Below are positions 16,922 through 26,797 of a DNA stretch of 64,000 bases, in pieces. Under the pieces are notes generated by a model. That model had not been told where the DNA came from. It made no database searches and saw only the letters and a program-made list of their open reading frames with translations. Source of the stretch: Candidatus Omnitrophota bacterium. Its GTDB lineage: Bacteria > Omnitrophota > Gorgyraeia > VGKH01 > JBHPFN01. Both the position numbers and the translations under genes were made by a program. Each line of letters begins with the position of its first letter. The first letter of the stretch is position 1. The DNA lies in contig JBHPFN010000001.1 of the NCBI GenBank assembly GCA_042571725.1, forward strand, positions 71,218-135,217. Reading direction: 5' to 3'.

Positions 16922-17863
16922 TTAATCAAATAAACAACTGATTGATTCTTCGTTATGTATCCTCTTTATCGCCTCGGCGAGAAGCCCGGCAATAGAGAGT
17001 ACCTTAATTTTTGGATGTCTCTTTTCATTGTCTAGCGGAATACTATCGGTAATAATGAGCTGCTTGAGCGATTTACAATTCTCAATATTTTCAATCGCAT
17101 TACCACAAAGCACGCCGTGAGAAATCGCAGCATAAATATCTTGCGCACCTTCTCTTTTTAATGCCTCTACTGCCTGAACAATCGAACTACCTGTTGCGAT
17201 TAAATCATCAGCCAGAATTATGTTTCTACCTTTAACGTTTCCTAAGATATGCATTGCCTCCGCTTCTTCCGGTGAACGACGACGCTTATCTACCAGGGCC
17301 AAACCTGCACCAAACCGTTTGGCGTAGGCGCGCGCCATTTTAATGCTGCCAACATCTGGTCCAACAATAGTAAGTTTCTTTAATCCTTTGATTTTTTTGA
17401 AATAGTCAACAAAGACATTAACGGCGTATAAATGATCGAGGGGAATATCGAAAAATCCTTGAATTTGTCCCGCATGTAAATCCATCGTCAAAACCCTATC
17501 TGCCCCTGCGGTAGTAAGTAGATTAGCGACTAATTTTGCAGTAATAGGGACTCGCGGTTGATCTTTGCGGTCTTGACGGGCATAGCCAAAATAAGGCACA
17601 ACGGCGGTGATTCTTTGAGCTGAAGCGCGTCGTAAGGCATCGAGCATAATCAAAAGCTCCATGAGGTTTTCATTCGGAGGAGGCGATGTCGGTTGAACGA
17701 GAAAGACATCTTTGCCTCTGACGTTATCGTTGATTTTGATACGGATTTCTCCTTCGCTGAAACGCGCCACAAACGCCTTGGAGAGATTAATCTTTAACTC
17801 TCTCGATATCGCTCTCGCCAGCTTCACATTCGCATTTCCAGAAAATATAGCTAGTTTATTCAT
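16922..17863 (-). CDS. prs: ribose-phosphate pyrophosphokinase
   Basis: PYFGYARQDRK, DLHAGQIQGFF, DDLIATGSS. Confidence 0.97.
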   Translation of the reverse strand: MNKLAIFSGNANVKLARAISRELKINLSKAFVARFSEGEIRIKINDNVRGKDVFLVQPTSPPPNENLMELLIMLDALRRASAQRITAVVPYFGYARQDRKDQPRVPITAKLVANLLTTAGADRVLTMDLHAGQIQGFFDIPLDHLYAVNVFVDYFKKIKGLKKLTIVGPDVGSIKMARAYAKRFGAGLALVDKRRRSPEEAEAMHILGNVKGRNIILADDLIATGSSIVQAVEALKREGAQDIYAAISHGVLCGNAIENIENCKSLKQLIITDSIPLDNEKRHPKIKVLSIAGLLAEAIKRIHNEESISCLFD

Positions 17864-19131
17864 CGCGTCCTCTTCTTTTTCTTTGATAAAATTCGAGCGG
17901 GAACCCCTCCCACGATTTCCTTATCCGCGACATTCTTATTCTTCGTCACTACGCTTCCAGCACCTGTAATGGCTTTCTTGCCTACTTTAATTGGTGCAAT
18001 CAAAACCGTATCAGAACCAACGAATGCATCGTCTTTAATAGATGTCTTATGTTTCTTCTTGCCGTCGAAATTAGCAGTAACCACTCCTGCGCCGATATTG
18101 ACTCTTTTACCAATAGCAGCGTCTCCTAAGTAGCTAAAATGTTTTGCCAGGCTATCGCTGTCGATTGAAGTTCTGATCAATTCTGTGAAATTACCTATGA
18201 TAACATTATCTTTTACCACGGTCTGAGGCCGCAAATGGCAGAAAGGACCAATTGAACAGTTTTTGCCGACAGTAACATCATCTTCGATTACGCTAAAGGG
18301 ATAAATTATTGTATCTTTTCCAATCGTTGCTCCGGGGGCAATATAGGTGGTGTGAGGATCAACTATCTCTATTCCATCCTGCATGAATTCTGCTATAATC
18401 CTCAGTCGCATAATCCGTGCAGCTTCCGCTAAATCATATCGAGAATTGATTCCCAGCGCCTCTTCTTTATTATCAACGCTTGCCGCTTCGATTTTTGCTT
18501 CTTCTTTTGACAAAAATGCTACTACGTCAGTAAGATAAAACTCTTTCTTTTGATTGTTAGGCTTAACCTTATTCAATGCCCATAAGAGTTTCTGGCATTT
18601 AAAACAGTAAACGCCGACACTAATTTCTTTTATTTGCTTTTCCTGATCAGTTGCATCTTTTTCCTCAACAATCGCAAGAACATCTCCCTTATAGCCCCGC
18701 ACGACCCTTCCATAGCCTCGGGCATTATCTACGGTAGCAGTTAATAACGTGCATGCCGCATCTGCTGCTTTATGCTGACGCACAACCTGAGAAATTGTCT
18801 CAGGGGACAATAAAGGATTATCAGCGTACAAGACTAACACATCACCTTGAAAACTCTTTAGTTTACTCGCCGCAGCCTTTACCGCATCAGCCGTACCTAA
18901 AAGCCGCTTTTGCTTGACTACTTTTACTTTTTTATCAAGGACCGCGCGCACTAATTTATCTTTATAGCCGACCACGACCGTCACGGGACGCAGCTTTGCA
19001 GCTTTCACTGTATCAAGGACAAAAGAAATCATGGGACGATGGCATATCTGATGCATCACCTTCGGCACATCTGATTTCATGCGCGTTCCCTTACCTGCAG
19101 CCAAAATTATAACCTGTATATCGTTTTTCAT
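17860..19131 (-). CDS. glmU: bifunctional UDP-GlcNAc pyrophosphorylase / acetyltransferase
   Basis: ILAAGKGTRMKS, GYGR, EFYLTD, HFSYLGDA, hexapeptide repeats. Confidence 0.95.
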   Translation of the reverse strand: MKNDIQVIILAAGKGTRMKSDVPKVMHQICHRPMISFVLDTVKAAKLRPVTVVVGYKDKLVRAVLDKKVKVVKQKRLLGTADAVKAAASKLKSFQGDVLVLYADNPLLSPETISQVVRQHKAADAACTLLTATVDNARGYGRVVRGYKGDVLAIVEEKDATDQEKQIKEISVGVYCFKCQKLLWALNKVKPNNQKKEFYLTDVVAFLSKEEAKIEAASVDNKEEALGINSRYDLAEAARIMRLRIIAEFMQDGIEIVDPHTTYIAPGATIGKDTIIYPFSVIEDDVTVGKNCSIGPFCHLRPQTVVKDNVIIGNFTELIRTSIDSDSLAKHFSYLGDAAIGKRVNIGAGVVTANFDGKKKHKTSIKDDAFVGSDTVLIAPIKVGKKAITGAGSVVTKNKNVADKEIVGGVPARILSKKKKRTR

Positions 19132-19149
19132 ATCTATTTAAATAAGAGA

Positions 19150-19221
19150 TTGCCCGGTGAGGACTCGAACCTCAAAAACGAGATCCAAATTCTCGTGTGT
19201 TGCCGATTACACCACCGGGCA
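19150..19221 (-). tRNA. tRNA-Gln(UUG), CCA not encoded
   Basis: TGCCCGG/CCGGGCA acceptor stem, D-arm, CGAGA-ATTTGGA-TCTCG anticodon arm (TTG), GGTTCGAGTCC T-arm. Typical position between ispE and prs. Confidence 0.95.
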
Positions 19222-19232
19222 TCTTAATTTCC

Positions 19233-19649
19233 TTAAAAATCGAAATTCCGATCGACCCCGGCAGATGTCGCAGCCCTTCCGGCTTCTTTCTCAAATGCCT
19301 CAAGTACCTTGCTCTGAAGATATTCCCTAAAAGACTGGGTAATAGGATGGGCAATATCTCTATGTTCTGACTGTGCTGACGATTCCTCCATGCCTGGCGA
19401 CCGTGCTGGCGCGGATAAGGCACCCCCGCACTGATTGCAGAATTTACTGCGTAATTCATTTCTGAAGGAACACTTCGGACATGAATATTTGAGCTTGCGC
19501 GAAGGCATGGCGATAAAACGACCGTTGCTTCCTTCTATAACCTTGATGTTTCTGACCACGAAGGCGTTATCGAAAGTTACGGTAACGTATGCCTTTAGCT
19601 TCTTATCAACCCCGTCTTTTAGAAAAACTCTGACCTCAGTAATCTCCAT
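19233..19649 (-). CDS. spoVG: SpoVG family nucleic-acid-binding protein with zinc-ribbon insertion
   Basis: MEITEVRV, KLKAYVTVTFD, FIAMPSRK, HRDIAHPI; inserted CPKC..CNQC. Confidence 0.9.
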   Translation of the reverse strand: MEITEVRVFLKDGVDKKLKAYVTVTFDNAFVVRNIKVIEGSNGRFIAMPSRKLKYSCPKCSFRNELRSKFCNQCGGALSAPARSPGMEESSAQSEHRDIAHPITQSFREYLQSKVLEAFEKEAGRAATSAGVDRNFDF

Positions 19650-19664
19650 TCAAGCATCCTCCTC

Positions 19665-20561
19665 TTAGTAAGTCCTCACTGCAAAGACCTGCCAGCTCTT
19701 GTGCGTTCTTTGAATTTTGCTCTTTAATGCTTCAGCCTCCTTTCTCGAATTGACTAATCCAAATACAGCAGGTCCGCTTCCGGATAAAGCATAAGTTTTA
19801 ACGCCATGACAAGCCATTGTTTCTTTAATCTTTGATATTGAAGGGCAAAGTCTTGCGGCTGGCTCTTCCAATGTATTCATCACGTATTTGTGCGCTAAAG
19901 TAAGGTTGTGTTTCCTTAATGCGTAAGTGAGCATATTAGCACTTTTTCTGCTCTTTGTCAACATCTTCGTGGCCTTGCCTTTTTTAGGCGATTTTTTTCT
20001 ATCTAGCGCTGTATAAATGGCTTTTGCGCTTAATGCAATCTTAGGAACAATTAAAATATGCCATAATGGATTTAATTTTGATATTTTTTTTAGCTGCTCG
20101 CCTCTACCCTTTCCAAGTGCGAAGCTGCTTTTAAGCGTAAAAAAAGGCACATCACTACCAATTCTCTCAGCAAGGCGCTGTATGCGCTTCTGAGTCAGGC
20201 CTAATCGCCAAAATCGATTAAGGCCTTCAAACACACAAGCAGCATTGCTTGAGCCACCTCCTAAACCGGCTGCAACAGGGATACGCTTTTGTATATGAAT
20301 ACGGATACCGTCTGATATAGAAAAATGCTCTTTGAGCAATTGAGCAGCTTGGTAGGCTATGTTTGCTCCGTTTTGAGGTATGCGATTACCGCTACTGGAT
20401 ACGGTTATATTCCCGCGGGACCTTTTTGAGAAACGAATAGTATCGAAGAGGTTAATCCGCTCAAAAATTGTATAGATATCGTGATAGCCATCACTGCGTT
20501 TTCTTATTACATCGAGATATAGATTGATTTTTGCCGGTGATTTGAGTGTAAGAGGTTTCAT
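19665..20561 (-). CDS. ispE: 4-diphosphocytidyl-2-C-methyl-D-erythritol kinase
   Basis: PAKINLYL, IPVAAGLGGGSSNAA, GSDVPFF, SGSGP. Confidence 0.96.
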   Translation of the reverse strand: MKPLTLKSPAKINLYLDVIRKRSDGYHDIYTIFERINLFDTIRFSKRSRGNITVSSSGNRIPQNGANIAYQAAQLLKEHFSISDGIRIHIQKRIPVAAGLGGGSSNAACVFEGLNRFWRLGLTQKRIQRLAERIGSDVPFFTLKSSFALGKGRGEQLKKISKLNPLWHILIVPKIALSAKAIYTALDRKKSPKKGKATKMLTKSRKSANMLTYALRKHNLTLAHKYVMNTLEEPAARLCPSISKIKETMACHGVKTYALSGSGPAVFGLVNSRKEAEALKSKIQRTHKSWQVFAVRTY

Positions 20562-21500
20562 TTATACCCTGCACATCTGCTGCGAGAGAACTTTTTTTAC
20601 CTGTTTTGCAATATCGCGGGCAGTTAATTTGTATTCTTTGATTAAATCAGCCGGTGCACCTGATTGGCCAAACCGGTCTTTGACCCCGATTCGCAAAAGC
20701 CGCGTGGGACAATGCTCCAGCGCGATATCATCGACCGCAGAACCTAAGCCCCCTGCGATTGAGTGTTCTTCACAAACAACAATACCCTTCGTTTCCTTTG
20801 CTGCCTTAATTATCAGTTTTTCATCGAGCGGCCTTATGGTATGCATATTAATTACCCGCGCGCTGATTTTGTCTTTTTTTAGAATATCTGCTGCCTCCAA
20901 TGCGTGGTGAACCATAAGCCCACAGGCGATGATTGCTACATCCTTTCCACTGCGCAGCACGCACCCTTTTCCTAATTCAAATTTTTTCTTTCCTTCAAGA
21001 GTGGGAATTTTAGATCTACCGATTCTAACATAAAAAGGTCCTGGTGTATGATAGGCAGTAATCACTGCGTCTCTTGTCTCCGGCCCATCGCAGGGAACGA
21101 TAATTTTCATATTGGGTATTGCGCGCATGAGTGCTATGTCTTCTATCGCCTGATGGCTTGCTCCATCCTCTCCGACGGTAACCCCGGCGTGCGTAGCGAC
21201 GATTTTTACATTAAATTTGTTATAGCAAACGGTGTTTCTCACTTGGTCCCATGCACGGCCGGTTGCGAACATTGCAAAGCTCGAGATAAAAACAACCTTT
21301 CCGCAACTTGCCAGGCCCGCTGCGGTGGCTACCATATTCTGCTCTGCTACGCCGAAATTAAAAAATCTCTCGGGAAACTCTTTTGCAAATATTTTTGTGC
21401 GCGTTGAACCGGATAAATCCGCGTCAGCAACAACAACATTCTTGTGTTTCTTGCCTAACTCCACCAGTGTTTGACCATACACATCACGGGCATACAACAT
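20562..21500 (-). CDS. transketolase, C-terminal subunit
   Basis: ADLSGST, GVAEQNM, GEDGASHQ, EEHSIAGGLG. Confidence 0.93.
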   Translation of the reverse strand: MLYARDVYGQTLVELGKKHKNVVVADADLSGSTRTKIFAKEFPERFFNFGVAEQNMVATAAGLASCGKVVFISSFAMFATGRAWDQVRNTVCYNKFNVKIVATHAGVTVGEDGASHQAIEDIALMRAIPNMKIIVPCDGPETRDAVITAYHTPGPFYVRIGRSKIPTLEGKKKFELGKGCVLRSGKDVAIIACGLMVHHALEAADILKKDKISARVINMHTIRPLDEKLIIKAAKETKGIVVCEEHSIAGGLGSAVDDIALEHCPTRLLRIGVKDRFGQSGAPADLIKEYKLTARDIAKQVKKVLSQQMCRV

Positions 21501-21516
21501 ATGTCGTTCCTTTGTT

Positions 21517-22353
21517 TTACTGTAATTCTTTTAAGGCTTGGATCTCTTCTTCTTTGCTAGGGGCCCTGCCGTGGAAATCAACCACGTTTTCCATAAAAGA
21601 TACACCTTTACCCTTAACGGTATGCGCAATAATAATTGAGGGTTTTTCGTGAATACACTGCACTTGTTCGTAGGCATCTAAAATTTGAGTCATGTCGTGG
21701 CCGTCTATCTCAAGCGTATACCAGCCGAAGGCCTTCCATTTATCCGTAATCGGTTCCAGGTTCATAATATCGTCTACTTTTCCGTCGATCTGATACCGAT
21801 TGTAATCCAAAATTGCACAGAGGTTATCGCAACGATAGTGACTGGCAGCCATTGCCGCTTCCCAGATATTACCTTCTTGTATTTCTCCGTCTCCCATAAG
21901 ACAGTAGACGCGGTAATCTTTTTTATCAAGCCTTCCCGCAAGCGCCATACCTAATGCAACCGATAAGCCCTGTCCCAGCGAACCGCTTGCTGCATTAATC
22001 CCCGGGGTTCTTCTATCAGGATGACCCTGCAACATACTCCCTAACTGCCGTAAAGATCCTAATTCTTTCATGGGGAAAAATCCGCGGTTTGCTAATATCG
22101 CATACAACAACGGAGAGCAATGACCTTTTGAAAGGTGAAATCGATCTCGGTCAGGCCAATGCGGGTTTTTAGGATCATGACGCAACATCGCATAGTACAA
22201 ACAGGTAATCAAATCGGTTGAAGAAAGACTTCCTCCCGGATGACCCGAACCTGCCTTTGCTAACATTTTTATAATAAGCCGCCGGATTTCTTTTGCTGCT
22301 TCTTCTAATTCCTGGATTTTTTTCTTTGGATAGATTTTACACTCTCTGGCCAT
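21517..22353 (-). CDS. transketolase, N-terminal (TPP-binding) subunit
   Basis: GHPGGSLS, DRFHLSKGH, GSLGQG, GDGEIQEG..WEA. Confidence 0.93.
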   Translation of the reverse strand: MARECKIYPKKKIQELEEAAKEIRRLIIKMLAKAGSGHPGGSLSSTDLITCLYYAMLRHDPKNPHWPDRDRFHLSKGHCSPLLYAILANRGFFPMKELGSLRQLGSMLQGHPDRRTPGINAASGSLGQGLSVALGMALAGRLDKKDYRVYCLMGDGEIQEGNIWEAAMAASHYRCDNLCAILDYNRYQIDGKVDDIMNLEPITDKWKAFGWYTLEIDGHDMTQILDAYEQVQCIHEKPSIIIAHTVKGKGVSFMENVVDFHGRAPSKEEEIQALKELQ

Positions 22354-23339
22354 TACTTTCCCTTTTTTAACGCATTTAATTTCTTCAGCACGGCTTCTTC
22401 TTCTGAGAGTTCAAGGGACTTCTGCCAATTCTCTTCTGCTTTTTGATTATCGCCTTTTTTTAAATAGGCATCACCCAAATGATCCAATATCACCGCATCT
22501 GCAAGCAGGCCTGCCGCTTCTTCTAATTTTTCAATCGCTTTATCGACTAAGCCTTTTTTATAATACGCCCACCCTAAACTATCAATGTATGCGCCGTTAT
22601 TGGGTTCTGTTTCTAGGGCCTTACTTATTAATTCTATGGCCTTATCAAGATCTATGTTGTTTTCGACATACAAGTATCCTAACGAATTAAGCGCAGGATG
22701 ATAGGAAGCATCAATTTCGAGAATTTGCTCAAATATCTTCATGGCTTCATCTTCTTTCTTCTGTTCTACGTAGATGGTGCCTACCATGAAAAGGGCGCTA
22801 ATATCTTTAGGGTCTTCTGCGACGACCTGCTGAAATTCTTTGAGTGCAGCCTCCAGGTTTCCTTCCTGAAAAGAAAGTTGTCCTAGATAAAAATGTATCT
22901 GGGTGTTCTCGGGATTCTGAGCCAGCGCGGTCTCAAGCATTGCCCTGTATTCGCTGGTTGCGCGGTCAAAGTCTTTAACCGAAGTGTACAACAAAGAAAG
23001 GAGAAATCGCACCTCCAAATCATCGGGGTCTAATGAGGCTGATTTTTTAAGTGCTTTAATCGCTTCTTCTGGCTTATTAAGCTTCGTATAGGAAATACCT
23101 AACCGTTTGTGGATAGAGGGGCTATTTGCATCGAATGTTGCAGCTTTCTTGTACTCTTCTAACGATTCCTGTGGTTCACCGAAATAATCAAGGAAAAGCC
23201 CCATTGCGTAATGGGCGTAGCCTAACGAGGCCCTCTTTCTATCGACGGGAACAGATGCCTGTAAAGACTCAGTGGCACAGAGAATTGTAATTAGAATTGT
23301 TGCAGCTTGCCACAGCTGACGATGTCTAAGAAGAAGCAT
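22353..23339 (-). CDS. exported tetratricopeptide-repeat protein
   Basis: Signal-like N-terminus, multiple TPRs, ALNSLGY...YIDSLGWAYYK. Confidence 0.85.
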   Translation of the reverse strand: MLLLRHRQLWQAATILITILCATESLQASVPVDRKRASLGYAHYAMGLFLDYFGEPQESLEEYKKAATFDANSPSIHKRLGISYTKLNKPEEAIKALKKSASLDPDDLEVRFLLSLLYTSVKDFDRATSEYRAMLETALAQNPENTQIHFYLGQLSFQEGNLEAALKEFQQVVAEDPKDISALFMVGTIYVEQKKEDEAMKIFEQILEIDASYHPALNSLGYLYVENNIDLDKAIELISKALETEPNNGAYIDSLGWAYYKKGLVDKAIEKLEEAAGLLADAVILDHLGDAYLKKGDNQKAEENWQKSLELSEEEAVLKKLNALKKGK

Positions 23340-23340
23340 T

Positions 23341-23439
23341 TTACCAAGGTCTCTTTTTCTTATGTCTCAGTGACTTTCTTAGCTTTTTTCTTTTATGGGT
23401 TCGAATTTTTCTTCTTTTACGTTTTTTTCCGCACGGCAT
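23341..23439 (-). CDS. small basic ribosomal protein bS22 / mS38 (AURKAIP1/COX24-like), 32 aa
   Basis: Manual translation MPCGKKRKRRKIRTHKRKKLRKSLRHKKKRPW matches the MPxGKKRKRxKxxTHKRKK pattern of bS22-like proteins. Fills the gap between hisG and the TPR gene. Confidence 0.85.
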   Translation of the reverse strand: MPCGKKRKRRKIRTHKRKKLRKSLRHKKKRPW

Positions 23440-23462
23440 AGGGAATCTCCACTACCTTCACG

Positions 23463-24338
23463 TTAGTAAATTAACTTATTTAAAGAATATTCAATAATTC
23501 CTTGGGCGCCTGCTGCTTTAAGCTTCGGAATAATGGTTCGAACGATTTTCTCATCTATGACAATTTCTAATGCACACCAGCCTTCTTTGCTCAATGCTGA
23601 TATGGTAGGATTTTTCAATGCGGGCAATAACCCTACTACGCGGCTTAAGTTTTTGCTGGATACGTTCATCTTTAGCCCAACCATGTTTTCTGCCTGGATA
23701 GCACCCTGCAAAAGCATAGAAATCTGTGTAATCTTATTTTTCTTCCAGGAATTTTTTAAAGCCTCTTTGTTGGCGATAAGTTGAGTTGTCGAAGTGCAAA
23801 TAGTAGCTACTTCTCGCAATCGATTAGCCTTCAAGCTCCTGCCCGTTTCAGTAAGCTCAACCACCGCATCCACTAAGCCAATACCCACCTTTACCTCTGT
23901 GGCCCCCCAACTGAATTCAACATCGGCACGTACCTTATTCTTTTTTAAGAATTGCTTGGTGACATTCACCAGTTCCGTTGCAATGCGCTTGCCTTTAAGG
24001 TCCTTAATCCTTCTTATGGAGGAACCTTCCGGAACAGCCAACACCCATCTTACCGGCTGCATACTCTGTTTTGCATAGACTAAATCGGCTATTCTTATAA
24101 CGCGTGAGGCGTTTTCTTTAATCCAGTCTTCGCCGGTGATTCCGCAGTCCAAGACACCCTCTTCTACGTACCTAGACATCTCCTGAGCGCGTAAAAGCAC
24201 GGGCTCAATTTCCGGATCATCAACAGAAGGGTAGTAGGATCGGGAAGAAACCGAAATTTCAAACCCGGCGCGCTTTAAGATCTTTACCGTGGCCTCCTGA
24301 AGGCTTCCTTTTGGAATTCCTAATTTTAACTGTTTCAT
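23463..24338 (-). CDS. hisG: ATP phosphoribosyltransferase (long form)
   Basis: LGIPKGSL, GITGEDW, SWGATE, ETGRSLKAN, C-terminal regulatory domain. Confidence 0.95.
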   Translation of the reverse strand: MKQLKLGIPKGSLQEATVKILKRAGFEISVSSRSYYPSVDDPEIEPVLLRAQEMSRYVEEGVLDCGITGEDWIKENASRVIRIADLVYAKQSMQPVRWVLAVPEGSSIRRIKDLKGKRIATELVNVTKQFLKKNKVRADVEFSWGATEVKVGIGLVDAVVELTETGRSLKANRLREVATICTSTTQLIANKEALKNSWKKNKITQISMLLQGAIQAENMVGLKMNVSSKNLSRVVGLLPALKNPTISALSKEGWCALEIVIDEKIVRTIIPKLKAAGAQGIIEYSLNKLIY

Positions 24339-24374
24339 AGACTAAGGTAGACTCCTTCCTCCTCTAAGAAAAGT

Positions 24375-24403
24375 ATTATACAGTTTAACAATTTTATTGT
24401 AAA
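24375..24403 (-). promoter_or_regulatory. sigma70 promoter for hisG superoperon
   Basis: TTTACA-N17-TATAAT. Confidence 0.65.
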
Positions 24404-24434
24404 GCAAAATAATTAATATCCAGCGTAAAAAAAC

Positions 24435-24463
24435 TTGTCAAAATTTCCTTCAGGAAGTATAAT
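24435..24463 (+). promoter_or_regulatory. divergent sigma70 promoter for the PpiD/SurA-like gene
   Basis: TTGTCA-N17-TATAAT. Confidence 0.7.
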
Positions 24464-24505
24464 GAACAGACATATAACCCTTGTAAAAGAGAGGTAGCCG
24501 ATCCT

Positions 24506-25993
24506 ATGTTAAAAACATTCAGAAAAAAAGGGGTAGCAAAAAAGATTTTAATTGCCCTGGCGCTGATTATTGTCCCTGCCTTTGTGCTCTGGGGACCCAG
24601 TACCACCATACGGGATAGGAGTTCAGCGAATGTTGCGGGTTTGATCTCTGGTAAAAAGGTATCCATCGATGAGTATCGCGAAAACTTCTTAGCAACTCGC
24701 AATGAAGCAATCATCAAACTAGGCGAAAACTTCTTTAAGATGCAGAATGTCTTAGATTTAAACCGCGAGACCTGGGATAGGATCATTTTGCTTCGTGAAG
24801 CTAAGAGCAGAAAAATTAAAGTAAGCGATACCGAAGTACAAGATCGAATACGCAGTTACCCTTTCTTTCAAAAAAACGATCAATTCGATTACAAGCTCTA
24901 CGAGCAAATCCTCCAACACGGGTTTCGCACATCCTCTCTTGATTTTGAAGCCCAAACCAGGGATTCCGTAAAATTAGAAAAGCTGTATGCTCAAATTACC
25001 GAAGATATCTCGTTCAAACCGGACGAACTATGGGAAGCATATAAAAAAGAAAACGAGCAGATTAAAATCAGCTACATTCAAATCCTCCCCGATGATTTAA
25101 AGCAAGATGTTGCATTAACCGACGAAGAAATTCAATCCTATTTTGAAGAGCGCAAAGAAAATTTTAAAGAACCCTTGAAAGTAAACATCGAATACGTCGG
25201 CTTTGAATTTCCCGAGGAAGCAACAGATTCGCAAAAGGAAGAAATTATGCTAAAGTTTCAAGCCCTTGGCGAGGATGCACAACAAGAACCTGATTTTGAA
25301 ACCTTGAGCGAAAAACACGTTGCGACCTTTAAAGAGACTGATTTCTTTTCTCAGGAAGGACCGGTAAAAGGATTCGGCTGGAACTTTGAATTTATTGAAC
25401 TGGCGTTTCAGTTGCAAGAAAATCAGATCAGCCAACCGATTGAAACACCGAAAGGATATTATCTTTTGCGGTTAAAAGAAAAAAAAGAAGCACATCTTCC
25501 TGAACTCAAAGATGTAAAACAACGCATAGAAACAATCCTGCGTGACCGTAAAGCAAGGGAGCTGGCTGAGAAGAAAGCTGATGCCCATCATGCTCAACTG
25601 CAGGAACTTTTTGATGCTAGTCCGGAATCGTTTGACTTTAATAAATCCGCACAGACACTGAGCCTCGAGGTAAAACAGACGCCATTGTTTACGTATGGAA
25701 AATATGTACCTGACATCGGCGCTTCTGAGGAATTTTCCGAAACTGCCTTTGGATTACTCGAACCCGACAGCACGTTCGAGCTAACTCAAACGCAAAAAGG
25801 ATTTTATATCATTGCGCTCGATGAGCATATAAAGGCCGATGAAGAAACATTCTCCGAAGAAAAGGAACAATTTCAATCCCAATATCTGCAGAAGAAAAAA
25901 TATGATGAGTTTAATAAATTTTTCTTAGAATTAAAGCTCCGCGCGAAACTCCTCGATCATATCGGGGCTGCGGCGCGCACACCTTCACTCTAA
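24506..25993 (+). CDS. PpiD/SurA-like membrane-anchored periplasmic chaperone (parvulin-like)
   Basis: N-terminal TM ending FVLWG, SurA N-domain, AFQLQENQISQPIETPKGYY parvulin-like motif. The only substantial plus-strand gene. Confidence 0.85.
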   Translation: MLKTFRKKGVAKKILIALALIIVPAFVLWGPSTTIRDRSSANVAGLISGKKVSIDEYRENFLATRNEAIIKLGENFFKMQNVLDLNRETWDRIILLREAKSRKIKVSDTEVQDRIRSYPFFQKNDQFDYKLYEQILQHGFRTSSLDFEAQTRDSVKLEKLYAQITEDISFKPDELWEAYKKENEQIKISYIQILPDDLKQDVALTDEEIQSYFEERKENFKEPLKVNIEYVGFEFPEEATDSQKEEIMLKFQALGEDAQQEPDFETLSEKHVATFKETDFFSQEGPVKGFGWNFEFIELAFQLQENQISQPIETPKGYYLLRLKEKKEAHLPELKDVKQRIETILRDRKARELAEKKADAHHAQLQELFDASPESFDFNKSAQTLSLEVKQTPLFTYGKYVPDIGASEEFSETAFGLLEPDSTFELTQTQKGFYIIALDEHIKADEETFSEEKEQFQSQYLQKKKYDEFNKFFLELKLRAKLLDHIGAAARTPSL

Positions 25994-26015
25994 CACTCCG
26001 ATTTCTTCAACACAT

Positions 26016-26065
26016 AAAAAAACACTCTTTTGGCCAGATGCACTGCATCCAACCAAAAGAGTGTC
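26016..26065 (-). terminator. long intrinsic terminator ending the por-ferredoxin-ferritin operon
   Basis: About 21-bp stem that pairs fully only on the minus strand (G-U wobbles), followed by a U-run. Confidence 0.85.
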
Positions 26066-26097
26066 GGCGAAAGACCATGTGGTTATATGGTCGTATT

Positions 26098-26571
26098 CTA
26101 CAACGTGCCTTTAAGCTCTACTAATTTTCTTAAATGCTCTTTCTCTTCTTCAACTACTGTATCGATAAGAGCATGTTCTTTTTCAGGTACAAACTTCTTT
26201 ATCTCGCTAAAGAATATAATCGAATCTTTCTCAAAACCCATCCCGAGCTGAATAGCCTCTTGGTCAGAGATTGTTTTCTGAGCCATTTGCTTTATGGTTT
26301 CATCCTTGGTAAAGACGTTCTGCGAGGCCAGCGCTTCTAAATAAAGCTTGAACTCTCCGGGATACGCCTCCGCAGGATCAGAAGCTTCGGTTTGCTTAAG
26401 CATACCCTCAAATGTCTTCTGGTGCTTAATCTCCTCACCGGCTAAATACCCAAAGAGCTCTTGAACCGGGAAACTGCGGGATTTCTTTTTAACCTCAGAA
26501 AAAAACGCAAAGCCGTTCTTCTCAATCTGGATTGCAACTTGTAGTATTTCGTTTGCTTTAAAAATATTCAT
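26098..26571 (-). CDS. rubrerythrin/ferritin-like di-iron protein
   Basis: AIQIEKNG, EEIKH, FEKDSI, EEKEH. Confidence 0.85.
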   Translation of the reverse strand: MNIFKANEILQVAIQIEKNGFAFFSEVKKKSRSFPVQELFGYLAGEEIKHQKTFEGMLKQTEASDPAEAYPGEFKLYLEALASQNVFTKDETIKQMAQKTISDQEAIQLGMGFEKDSIIFFSEIKKFVPEKEHALIDTVVEEEKEHLRKLVELKGTL

Positions 26572-26582
26572 GGGGTTTTCCC

Positions 26583-26765
26583 TTATTCAACCGTAATTGC
26601 GGTAACCGGACACTGCTCAGCTACCTCTTTTAAATCACATGAACCACATTCATGCTTAAGCACTTTAGCCATGCCGCTATCATCCACCTTAAACACATCA
26701 GGACATGCCTGCTCGCATACGCCGCAGCCAACGCAGGTCGCTTCATCAACTACTACTTTTGCCAT
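26583..26765 (-). CDS. monocluster [4Fe-4S] ferredoxin
   Basis: CVGCGVCEQACPDVF...QCPVTAI. Confidence 0.93.
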   Translation of the reverse strand: MAKVVVDEATCVGCGVCEQACPDVFKVDDSGMAKVLKHECGSCDLKEVAEQCPVTAITVE

Positions 26766-26797
26766 CTTATTCCCTCCTTCTTATTTCGTTTATGCCC

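Noticed and set aside
19172-19459. 95-aa ORF in the track
   Set aside because: Overlaps spoVG in another frame and runs into tRNA-Gln; spurious
24394-24786. 130-aa minus-strand ORF
   Set aside because: Antisense to the PpiD/SurA-like gene and crosses the divergent promoters
26073-26092. Small GACCAT-N8-ATGGTC hairpin before the long terminator
   Set aside because: Short 3'-UTR stem with no recognisable motif; may be chance
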